Positions 1-8,839 of a DNA stretch of 64,000 nucleotides are shown piece after piece. The translations under genes and the position numbers were made by a program. The DNA lies in NCBI GenBank assembly GCA_965202665.1, contig OZ241841.1, forward strand, positions 1 through 64,000, written 5' to 3'. The stretch comes from Candidatus Spongiisociaceae bacterium (GTDB taxonomy: Bacteria; Actinomycetota; Acidimicrobiia; Spongiisociales; Spongiisociaceae). How positions within the stretch are numbered: position 1 is the stretch's first letter; each line of letters starts with the position of its first letter. The notes beneath the pieces are model-generated. The model was not told the origin of the DNA. It made no database searches and saw nothing but the letters and a program-made list of their open reading frames with translations.

Positions 1-3000
1 TTGGGGCAGTATCTGAGAGGCGGCGTGGTGGTGCATCCTCTGGTCACTTCGCTTTCGGCGATGCCTTCGATGGCCCTTACCATGGCTGCGTCCAGGTTGG
101 CGGTGTCGGCGAACAGGTTTTGGGATTCGGATACGGCTTGGATGTGGGGGAAAGCGGCGACCATCATGACGGCCATGTCGGCTCGGGTTACTATGCCCCT
201 GGGGTTGAAGTTGCCGTCGTCCAGTTGGAAGGCTCCGATGCTTACCAGCCAGTTGGCGTAGGGGCGGTAGCTGGCGTCGGCGGGGACGTCGTTGATTGTT
301 ACGCCGGTGGGGATTTGGATGGGCCAGCGGGGGTTGACTGCGCGGTAGATGAAGGTGGCCATTTGCCTGCGGGTGATTTGGGCGCTGGGGCAGTATTTGG
401 TGGGGTCGTTGGCGTCGCATCCGATGGTTATTCCCCATTCGGCCATTAGCGCGATGTTGGGTTCGTGGACGCTGCCGTCGTCGTCGCAGAACCGACCCTG
501 ACAGGCCACCGGCGCAGGGGGCGGTGCGACGGGTGCGGCGGGCCCAGCCGGGGGCGGGGCCCCTCCTCCTCCTGCGGGGGGCGGTGCTCCTCCTCCGCCT
601 CCTCCTCCTGCGGCGGGTGGCGGCGCGGCCGGCGGCGGCGCGCCTCCACCACCACCACCTCCACCACCCCCGCCTCCTCCCCCTCCTCCGGTGGGTGGGT
701 TTGGTGTGGTGGTTGGGGGCGGCGGGGGCGGGGGCGGGGGTGCGCTGTTGCGGATGGTGAGAACGGCGGGGGTGATGGTGAACCCGGCGAGGGTTCCGGT
801 TATTTGGAGGGTTTCGTTTGGTTCGGGGCCGTCGGTGTTGGGGATGGTTATGTTGAAGGTTCCGGTTCCGGTTTGCGTTGCGGGGCGGATGGTTATGGTG
901 GCGGGCTGGTTGGTGATTTGGTAGTCGGCGGGGGTGGTGGTGCTGTCGGGGCCGGGGATGGTTATAGCCACTTGGGTGGTTTCCGATCGGGTGGTGGAGC
1001 CGTCCAGCCGGGCGGTGATGGTGATCTGGCGGTTGGTTTGCCCTTCGGGCAGGCTGGCGGGGTTGACGGTGAGGGTGACGCCGCTGGGTGGATCGTCGTT
1101 GTCTTTGATAGTGAAGGTGGCGGGTTCGATGGTGATTCCAGCGGAGGTTCCAGTTATCTGTACGGTTTCATCCGGTTCATCGATGCTGTCATCGGTGATA
1201 GGCAGGCTGAGGGTTCGGGTGGCGCTGTTTTGGTTGGCGAGAATAGTCAGGGGGGTGAGGGCGGGGGCGGTGTAGTCGACGGCGGCGGCGGTTCCCCCGA
1301 AGGCCAGGGTTACGGTGTGGGGGTTGGGGAGGGTTTCCCCGGTCGGGTAAGCAGCTTGTAGGGTTACGGACGTGTTGGTGTCTCCTTCGGTCCCTTGGTT
1401 TGGGGTGAGGGTGAGGGTTACGGTCAGGTCGTCGTCGATGAGGGTTAGGGTGTCTTCCCCGATCGTGAAACCGGCGAGCGTTCCGCCGGCGACGGTTAGC
1501 GTTTCCGGCCCCTCAAAGTTGTTGTCGTTGTATGTTCCGTCGGTTTTGAGCAGGAAAGTGTCGGTTCCGCTGTTTTGATAGCCGGGGATTTCCACATTGA
1601 AGGCATCCACCGTTTCATAGTCGGTTCCCTCAGTTGCTTCCCCAGCGGCCGTTTTACCGACCACGATAGGCACGAAGGTGGCGGCGGAACGGGTGGCGGT
1701 ACCCTGGAAGGTAGCTACCACCCGCACCCGGGTTTCTTCGTTTTCGTGGGCTTCGGTGAGGTGTTCCCCACTGCTGTCGGCGCGGGTGCTGTGCAAGGTG
1801 AGAGTGATAGCAGTGGGAGGGCCGTCGTTATCGTTCAAAGCCAAAGAAGCGGCCACCGTGTGATAATCCACATTGTTGATGCTCACATGACTGCCGTCGA
1901 TGACTATCCTCCTCGCCGGTTCATCCACGTTGTCATCGTTCACCGTAAAATCTATATCCACATAGCCGGTAGTGGAACCGGCGGAGATGGCGATGCCAGC
2001 GGCGTAGCCGGAAGGCGTTCCACTCGGTTTAGAGGGCCAAACCACTCGGTAGTCTTCCCGGTTCGTCCAAACCCGGTTGGGGTCCGCGGTGGCGGTGCTG
2101 TCCTCGTCGATCTCCAGGCCCACTACCACACCCCCGGTAGGGGCGTTCACCGGCAGGGTAGCGGTAACCCGTATGGTGGTTGTTCCGCTGTTTTCATCCA
2201 ACGCGGACAGGGCGTTGTTGTTGGAGGGGTTGGTCAGGGCAAGCCGGATGCCGCTGTCCGCGATGTTGATAGTCGTAGAATCGGAGGCGGATGTTCCGGC
2301 GACGGTGGCCGAGCCGCTGATTTTCACCGTTTCCGCAGTAGTTTCCGCATCAGTATCCACCCGGGCGGTCAGCTGAAACGACCCCGTATGATGATGCTGC
2401 CCAGCCGGGATACGGATAGTGAACGAGTTGCCCGTCTGGTCGGTGCACACATCTTCAGTCATCGACTGAGAGCATACTGTCGCCACCGTAGCTCCGTTGG
2501 TATCCCCGGCCGCTATTGTTACCGTCACATCGGTGTTGGTTGTCAGCGCGGAGGAGGTGGCTCCGGCGAACCCGGCGGTGACCGTTACGTTGTGGGCGTC
2601 GGTGCTTTCCGTTACCCTCCCCGGCGAGGCGGTTACTTCCAAAGTGGTGTCGCTGGCCCCGATAGTCAACGTGTCCGGGGTAATCCCCACGCCGCTGTTC
2701 ACCGACGTCCCCGCGATTCTGAACGTTTCCGCCAACTCGGTTATCGCATCGTCTATTACCGCTAACCCGGTCAAGTTGGTCCAGGCGCTTTGCGTTTGCC
2801 CGGCGGGGATGGACACCGTAACCGGGGTGGCGGGAGGAGTGAAATCGATTCCCCCCGCCTCCGCCGACGCCGGCGACAAAGCCTCCGCAGTCACCCGCAC
2901 CTGCAAAGCAGACCCTATATCGTTGCTGGTAGCAGTAGCGAACGCGGCCCGTACCCGCACCGCAACCGTTGAGCCCTCCGACAGGGTTTTCTGAATCCCG

Positions 3001-6000
3001 TTTTCCACGCTGTCAGTATCCGCTGTCAGGGTCACGTCTAGATCATCGTCGGTGATTACCAGCGTCGTTCCGCTAACCGCAAACCCCCCGGCGGTACCGT
3101 CGATGTCGATAGTTTCCGCGTCCTCCGCAATCGTGTCCCCCGTAATCAGCAAACCGCTCAACGCAACCGCCGAACTAGAAGTAGAAGAGGCTGGGATGGT
3201 CACCGTTACCGCAGTACCCGGGGCGGTGAAATCCGCCGCCTCCGCGTTCTCACCCACTCCAAACGACAAAGTCACATCCGTAGCCTGAGTAAGCGAAGAA
3301 CTAGACGCCCCCGCGAAGGAGGCGGTAACAGTCACGGCTCCGGCGTTGGCGTCTCTTTCATCCACCGTGGACTGACTGAGAGCCAAAGTGATCGTCTCCA
3401 AAATGGACAAATCAGCTACCGCGGGCAGATACCCGCCGGTAGCGGAAGCGGTGAAACGGATAGTTTCCACCCCCTCAATCGTTCCGTCGTCGCGGGGAGT
3501 GAGCACAACATCCGCCGTCCCACTGGTTTGGCCGCTAGCGATGGTGATAGTCGCCGTGGCGCTCCCGCGGGTGTAATCCCCAGTCGCTCCCAAAGCGGCG
3601 GTCCCGCCCGCGGCCCCTACGTTTACAGTCACCGTAGCGGACGACGAAGCGGCTGCGCCGAGGGTGGCTTTCACCCGCACCGTCTGCGCCCCCCCATCCT
3701 CAGTAATCCCCGACAAGGCCGGAGCGGCGCTGGTCGGCTCATGGAAGGACAAAGTAACCGCCCGACCCGGATCGAAAACGCCCATCTGAGCGGACGCCAC
3801 CTGACCTATAGAAGTAGAACCAGTCAGTTTCAAATACTCGATACCCTCAGTGTCATCCCCATCGGCGCGGGCCCGCAGCTGAAAAGAACCCGAACCGCTA
3901 ACATCCCCGGCGGGGATACTGACCGTGAACTGATTGCCCGTCTGGTTGGTGCACACATCCGCTGTCATCGTCATCGTAGAACATACCGCGGTATGCACCG
4001 TCGCGCCGCTGGTATCCGCCGACCCGACCGTTACCGTCACCGGAGTAGCCGCCGACAACACCGAAGTAGCACCCTGAAAACGGGCCGTTACCACTATCTG
4101 ATGATCCGCCGCTTGCTCCACCACCTCCGCCGGAGACGCGGACAGTGTTACGTCAACGTCGTCGTCGACGATAGTCACCGTCTCCGCAACCACCGTCCCG
4201 CCTGCCGCGGTACCGGTGATGAGAAAAGTCTCCGCTCCCTCCGCTATCGTATCATCCGCCACCGACAGGCCGGTCAGATTCACCCAACCGCTCTGCAAGG
4301 CGGTACCGACGGGCATAGTCACCGTCGCAGTCGTACCCGGAGCGGTGAAATCAACACCCCCACCGGTCGCCGACACCGGAGAACCCTCCCCCGCAGTCAC
4401 CTGAACCGTATACGCAGCGGTCAAGTCGTTGGTAGTAGCCGATGTAAACCGGGCCCGCACCCGCACCGCCGCCTCCTCACCCTCCGGCAAAGTCTGCTGC
4501 ACCCCAGACGCGCTATCGGTATCCGCCGTTAAAGTAACCCCCAGATCATCATCGGTTATCGCCAACTCCGTTCCGCTCACCACAAACCCATCCGCCGACC
4601 CCCCAACATCAATCTTCTCCTCCCCCTCCGCAATCGAATCAGACGTAATCAGCAAACCAGTCAAAGCAGTAGCGGAACTGGAGGTGGAAGAAACCGGAAT
4701 GCTCACCGTGATCGCCGTACCCGGAGCAGTGAAATCCACCGCCTCCCCATTCTCCCCCGCCCCGAACGACAACGTCACAACCGTCGCCCCCGTCAACTCC
4801 GAAGTAGACGCCCCCGCGAACGCCGCCGTCACCGACGCCGCCCCCGCGTTCGTCGCGCCCTCGCCTATTGACGACTGGCTGAGCGTCAACGTAATCTCTT
4901 CCGTGATTTTCAAATCCGCGGGGAACACGGCAAACCCGGCGGCGGAACCGGTGAACTGAACCGTTTCCTCCCCCTCCGCCACCGTATCCGACAAAGGAGT
5001 AATCGTCACATCCGCCGTCCCAGAAGTCTCACCCGACGCAATCGTCACATCCACCGTCGCCGCCCCCCGATCGTAGTCGCCGCTCGAACACGACCGGGAC
5101 TGTCCGCTCCCCGTGCACGTCCCCAAAGTCGCCGTACCCCCCGCCGCCCCCACATTCACGCTAATCGTCGTATCCGAGGTCACCATCGCCCCCGCCGTAG
5201 CCTTCACCCGCACCGTCCGCTCCCCCCCGTCCTCCGCAATCCCCCCCAAAACCGCCTCCCCGCTCGTCGCCTCATGCAACGACAAATCCACCCGCGTCCC
5301 CACATCCACAATCGGCAAATCCACCGACTCCACCGCCACCGCCGTCCCGCCCACCGACGCCGAACCCGACACCGACAGCCTCTCCCCCGACTCGCTCGTA
5401 CTATCATCAGGAACCGTCACCATAAACGTTCCGGTCCCCGACGTCGCACCCGCCGGAATAGACACCGTCATCTGATTATTAGTCAAACTCGTACAAGCAT
5501 CCTGCCCGCTAGTAGTCGGACACGACGAACCCAAAGAAGCCCCACCCGACCCCGCCACCGACACCGCCACATCAGTCGCCGACGTCAAAACCGACGACGA
5601 ACCCTTAAACCGGGCGGTCACCGTAACCTGCTGCGACCCCGCCTGCTCATCCACCGACGACGGAGACACCTCCAACTCAATATCAGCATCGTTATCATAA
5701 ATCGTCAACGTGTCCGCCGTAGCGGATCCCAGCACCGACGACCCACCCACCAAAAAGGTTTCCGGCCCCTCCACAATCGCATCATCGGTGATCGTCAACC
5801 CCGCCAACGTCCCCGTACCCGAAGCAGTGATGCTCCGAGCCGGGAAAGAAATCATATTCGCCGTGGACGGAGCATACGTGAAATCGGCCGCCGTCGCCTT
5901 CCCCGCCCCCGCCGGAGTCTCCGCTGCCGCCGACAACGTCACCGTCGTCGCTGAAGGAAGCACCGACGATGTCGCGTTCGGAAAACTAGCCGAAACCGAC

Positions 6001-7088
6001 ACCCCCGAACCGGAATCCCCCTCCGTCAACACATCCTGATCCCCCATAGCCTCACTATCGGTATCCACCGTCAAACCCACCCGACTATTAGCATCCTTAA
6101 TCGTAACCGGAGTCTTGAACACCGTCCAACCCGACGGGACGGATTGCAACCCAATATAAAAAACCTCATCCGGCTCCACCGCCTCATCCCTCATAACTAG
6201 TGTCAAAAAAGTAAGGTGACCATGATATATGGCGTTCAAACTCCCGGAAACCGAATTGGCGGCTATCCTCACACCCATAGGATCATCACCGTCATTATTA
6301 TGGGATGAAGCGACATCCGTAGTATACTTATCATCTGAACCGGTCGCATTAATAACGGTAGCGGTTCCCGCCTCTGTCAGTATTCGCATAAGCCTCGTAT
6401 CGCTAGTATTGTACTCTAAAGTTCCGCCGTACGTTGAAGAAGTAGAAGCAGTGAACACACCACCCTTCACCCCACCCACCACAACCGATGGCCAAAGTTT
6501 ATGTAGATAACCATGAGCACGGTTACCACTGGATGGTGTAACCTGATCCTCCCGCACCACATCCTGCTGTAAGTTCACCTTAATCGCCCGGTCCTGATCG
6601 GTAATCGTCAAAGTAGCCGGAGTCACCGTATACCCAGAAGCGGAACCGGAGAAAATGATAGTCTCATGCTCCTCCGTAATCCTATCCGACCGCAGATCAA
6701 TCTTAATATTAGTAGACGTAGCACTCGTTTGATTCCTCTCAATAGTTAAAATCCAAGGCGCCCTAGTACAGTAATCACCAGAATTGCAAACAAGCCTCGG
6801 AGGACGGAACCGATCAAACGGATTCAAATTTATAGTAGCTCCTTGAGTGGCGGTACCGGATAACGAACTGACAGTAATATACAAATTGGAGGACGGCGCC
6901 GAAGCCACCGACGCCCTCAACCGCACAACCTTAGAACCGCTGTCCTCCCCCACCGAGGTCACCGCGTTGCCCGAGGTATCAACCACACTGAACGTAATCG
7001 CCGTCGCCGCCCCCACCACCGCAGGCACGGCCGGCAACACCGACAGGACCATCCCCGCCGCCAACGCCAACAGACCCAGCCGTCGCAT
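1..7088 (-). CDS. Giant secreted surface protein (>2360 aa, 3' end beyond window): signal peptide, multiple Calx-beta-like repeats, Pro/Gly linker, C-terminal SLH domains
   Basis: Absent from ORF track because there is no stop in the window. ATG at 7088 after GGAGG gives MRRLGLLALAAGMVLSVLPAVPAVVGAA (signal peptide), then Calx-beta-like units (DRITEEHETIIFSGSASGYTVTPATLTITDQD). The same frame near 480..3 reads FCDDDGSVHEPNIALMAEWGITIGCDANDPTKYCPSAQITRRQMATFIYRA (SLH). The ORF track lists no stop-terminated ORF in this frame. Confidence 0.85.
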   Translation of the reverse strand, partial: MRRLGLLALAAGMVLSVLPAVPAVVGAATAITFSVVDTSGNAVTSVGEDSGSKVVRLRASVASAPSSNLYITVSSLSGTATQGATINLNPFDRFRPPRLVCNSGDYCTRAPWILTIERNQTSATSTNIKIDLRSDRITEEHETIIFSGSASGYTVTPATLTITDQDRAIKVNLQQDVVREDQVTPSSGNRAHGYLHKLWPSVVVGGVKGGVFTASTSSTYGGTLEYNTSDTRLMRILTEAGTATVINATGSDDKYTTDVASSHNNDGDDPMGVRIAANSVSGSLNAIYHGHLTFLTLVMRDEAVEPDEVFYIGLQSVPSGWTVFKTPVTIKDANSRVGLTVDTDSEAMGDQDVLTEGDSGSGVSVSASFPNATSSVLPSATTVTLSAAAETPAGAGKATAADFTYAPSTANMISFPARSITASGTGTLAGLTITDDAIVEGPETFLVGGSSVLGSATADTLTIYDNDADIELEVSPSSVDEQAGSQQVTVTARFKGSSSVLTSATDVAVSVAGSGGASLGSSCPTTSGQDACTSLTNNQMTVSIPAGATSGTGTFMVTVPDDSTSESGERLSVSGSASVGGTAVAVESVDLPIVDVGTRVDLSLHEATSGEAVLGGIAEDGGERTVRVKATAGAMVTSDTTISVNVGAAGGTATLGTCTGSGQSRSCSSGDYDRGAATVDVTIASGETSGTADVTITPLSDTVAEGEETVQFTGSAAGFAVFPADLKITEEITLTLSQSSIGEGATNAGAASVTAAFAGASTSELTGATVVTLSFGAGENGEAVDFTAPGTAITVSIPVSSTSSSATALTGLLITSDSIAEGEEKIDVGGSADGFVVSGTELAITDDDLGVTLTADTDSASGVQQTLPEGEEAAVRVRARFTSATTNDLTAAYTVQVTAGEGSPVSATGGGVDFTAPGTTATVTMPVGTALQSGWVNLTGLSVADDTIAEGAETFLITGTAAGGTVVAETVTIVDDDVDVTLSASPAEVVEQAADHQIVVTARFQGATSVLSAATPVTVTVGSADTSGATVHTAVCSTMTMTADVCTNQTGNQFTVSIPAGDVSGSGSFQLRARADGDDTEGIEYLKLTGSTSIGQVASAQMGVFDPGRAVTLSFHEPTSAAPALSGITEDGGAQTVRVKATLGAAASSSATVTVNVGAAGGTAALGATGDYTRGSATATITIASGQTSGTADVVLTPRDDGTIEGVETIRFTASATGGYLPAVADLSILETITLALSQSTVDERDANAGAVTVTASFAGASSSSLTQATDVTLSFGVGENAEAADFTAPGTAVTVTIPASSTSSSAVALSGLLITGDTIAEDAETIDIDGTAGGFAVSGTTLVITDDDLDVTLTADTDSVENGIQKTLSEGSTVAVRVRAAFATATSNDIGSALQVRVTAEALSPASAEAGGIDFTPPATPVTVSIPAGQTQSAWTNLTGLAVIDDAITELAETFRIAGTSVNSGVGITPDTLTIGASDTTLEVTASPGRVTESTDAHNVTVTAGFAGATSSALTTNTDVTVTIAAGDTNGATVATVCSQSMTEDVCTDQTGNSFTIRIPAGQHHHTGSFQLTARVDTDAETTAETVKISGSATVAGTSASDSTTINIADSGIRLALTNPSNNNALSALDENSGTTTIRVTATLPVNAPTGGVVVGLEIDEDSTATADPNRVWTNREDYRVVWPSKPSGTPSGYAAGIAISAGSTTGYVDIDFTVNDDNVDEPARRIVIDGSHVSINNVDYHTVAASLALNDNDGPPTAITLTLHSTRADSSGEHLTEAHENEETRVRVVATFQGTATRSAATFVPIVVGKTAAGEATEGTDYETVDAFNVEIPGYQNSGTDTFLLKTDGTYNDNNFEGPETLTVAGGTLAGFTIGEDTLTLIDDDLTVTLTLTPNQGTEGDTNTSVTLQAAYPTGETLPNPHTVTLAFGGTAAAVDYTAPALTPLTILANQNSATRTLSLPITDDSIDEPDETVQITGTSAGITIEPATFTIKDNDDPPSGVTLTVNPASLPEGQTNRQITITARLDGSTTRSETTQVAITIPGPDSTTTPADYQITNQPATITIRPATQTGTGTFNITIPNTDGPEPNETLQITGTLAGFTITPAVLTIRNSAPPPPPPPPPTTTPNPPTGGGGGGGGGGGGGGGGAPPPAAPPPAAGGGGGGGAPPPAGGGGAPPPAGPAAPVAPPPAPVACQGRFCDDDGSVHEPNIALMAEWGITIGCDANDPTKYCPSAQITRRQMATFIYRAVNPRWPIQIPTGVTINDVPADASYRPYANWLVSIGAFQLDDGNFNPRGIVTRADMAVMMVAAFPHIQAVSESQNLFADTANLDAAMVRAIEGIAESEVTRGCTTTPPLRYCP
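2380..5440 (-). repeat. Two diverged ~1.5 kb tandem super-repeats inside the giant surface gene (a partial third follows)
   Basis: Anchor ttgcccgtctggt(c/t)ggtgcacacatc at 2428 and 3934; gtgaaatcc(g/a)ccgcctcc...aacgacaa near 3226 and 4730. Confidence 0.75.
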
Positions 7089-7145
7089 CACCCAACCTCC
7101 ATCCTTCGCTTCCGGCCCAACCCGTATCAGGGCCAATTACGAAAC

Positions 7146-7174
7146 ACGCTACCCCCCCCCCCCCAATTTGTCAA
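7146..7174 (-). promoter_or_regulatory. Sigma70-type promoter of the giant surface gene with a poly-G spacer
   Basis: Minus strand reads TTGACA-aatt-G13-TAGCGT, a 17-nt spacer, about 60 nt upstream of the ATG. Confidence 0.75.
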
Positions 7175-7189
7175 ATCAAACCTCGATGA

Positions 7190-7698
7190 AGGCGTCTTCG
7201 ACGCGGCCGCGTTGCTCCCCCATGCGCACCTGCCCAGCATGTGGAAGAGCAGGTGCTACAAGAGCGGCGGGCGTTGCGGGCGGGCCCGGCTCGGTTGTCG
7301 GCGTTTACGGGGGTGCCGGAGCGGACCATCAGCCGCCTCCGCCGCCGCCACGGAGTATTGCGTCTGTAGGAATGCGACCCGCTGACCGGCGAGCCGCTCA
7401 AAACCCCTCCCAGGCAGGTGGTTCCTTATGAACGGGGCAGGCTTGGGGAGTTGCTGCATATGGATGTTAAGAAGCTTCCGTCCATACCCCCCGGCGGGGA
7501 TGGAAGATACACGGCCGCGGCAACGCCCCCGCCGGAGGGCGGGATGGACCCGTTCACCGCCCGCGCCCTGCATGCCTTCCAGCAAAAAGGCATCACCCAC
7601 ATTACGGAGAACATGACCGACAACCACCGGCCCCGCTACAGCCTCGGGGAGGCAAACCACCAACCTCCAAACTGTAACCAACCTATCGGCCATGTACA
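7190..7698 (+). pseudogene. Degraded IS481-family transposase remnant with its right end
   Basis: Reads ...GVPERTISRLRRRHGVLRL*ECDPLTGEP...YERGRLGELLHMDVKKLPSIPPGGDG...GITHITENMTDN, then an out-of-frame C-terminus VTNLSAMYS*. In-frame TAG, internal deletions, terminal ACA at 7696-7698. Confidence 0.8.
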
Positions 7699-7699
7699 G

Positions 7700-8824
7700 T
7701 TAGAAGCTGGTGACCCGTAGAAACTCGTCCTGGTAGAGCCGTTCCAGTTCCTCGTCCAACTCCAGCCGGGCCAGCGTGTTCATGGTCTCCGGCGGGGGGT
7801 AGATGACCGGGTTGCGGGTGAGAATGGGGTTGATGTAGTCCAGGGCCTCCCGGTTGGGGGAGGCCAGCCGGGAATTGTTGGACATGCCCGCCGAGATGCG
7901 AGGTTCCAAAATGAAATCGATGAAAGAATGGGCGGTGCACGGGCTGCGGGCGGTGATCGGCGCTCCCATTACGTCCATCCAAATGACCGCCCCCTCCCGT
8001 GGTATGACGTAGTCGAAGTCGGTCGAGTCTTCCGGAATGGCCTCGAAGAAAAGATCGGAGCGTCCGTGGGCCACGTCCACGCTGCCGTCCACCAGCTGCG
8101 CGGCGTAGCCGATGGAATCAAAACGGGCCAGCAGCGAGCGGGCGCCGCCGATCAAATCGGCCGCTTCGGCCACCTGGGCCGGGTTGGAGGTGTTGGGCGA
8201 ATAACCGAGGTAAAGGAGGGCGGCGGCCATCGTCTGCCGGGGGTCGTCCATCATGGAAATCCGGCCGGCGTACACCCAGGCCCGGTCCAGGTTGAAAATC
8301 AGCTCCCAGCTGGGTTCGATCTCCGGGACGGCCAAGTTGACGTTGATGCCGATGCCGACCGTCCCCCACAAATAGGGCACCCATAGGAACCCCTCCCCCA
8401 CTTCCGCCGGGTACCGCCAGCGGGCGGGGTCGAAGCGCGGGCCGAGGTTGGAACGCCCCGGTATGGCCAGCGGGTCCAGCGGCAGCAACAGGCGGTCCCG
8501 GCCCATGACATAGGCCAGGTTTTCGGTCATCAGGACAAGATCCACCGGGTCGGCCCCGGCGCTGATCCGGGAAAGCAGCTCCTCTTCGGTTTCATAGGCC
8601 TGCTCCTCCACCACCACCCCGTATCGGCGTTCGAACTGATCCACGGCGTTGAACACCGGCGAACCGGTCTGGTTGACCACTAGCAGATCCCCGTCTATCT
8701 GCCCGGCCGCGCACACCACCGGCTCCGGATCGGAGGAGCCTTCATCGGTGGAGCAGGCCCCGGCCGCCATGCCGAAGCCGAGGAGGAGGACGGCGAGGCG
8801 GGCAACGAGGCGGCGGGAGGGCAT
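7700..8824 (-). CDS. Polyamine (spermidine/putrescine) ABC transporter substrate-binding lipoprotein, PotD/PotF family
   Basis: Lipobox AGAC; VPYLWGTVGIGIN, MMDDPRQTM, IPREGAVIWMD, FIDFILEP motifs. Confidence 0.85.
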   Translation of the reverse strand: MPSRRLVARLAVLLLGFGMAAGACSTDEGSSDPEPVVCAAGQIDGDLLVVNQTGSPVFNAVDQFERRYGVVVEEQAYETEEELLSRISAGADPVDLVLMTENLAYVMGRDRLLLPLDPLAIPGRSNLGPRFDPARWRYPAEVGEGFLWVPYLWGTVGIGINVNLAVPEIEPSWELIFNLDRAWVYAGRISMMDDPRQTMAAALLYLGYSPNTSNPAQVAEAADLIGGARSLLARFDSIGYAAQLVDGSVDVAHGRSDLFFEAIPEDSTDFDYVIPREGAVIWMDVMGAPITARSPCTAHSFIDFILEPRISAGMSNNSRLASPNREALDYINPILTRNPVIYPPPETMNTLARLELDEELERLYQDEFLRVTSF

Positions 8825-8839
8825 TGGGGGTCCGTCCCG

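Noticed and set aside
465-6510. Many + strand ORFs over the first 6.5 kb
   Set aside because: Antisense shadows of the giant minus-strand gene; low-complexity translations with no motifs.
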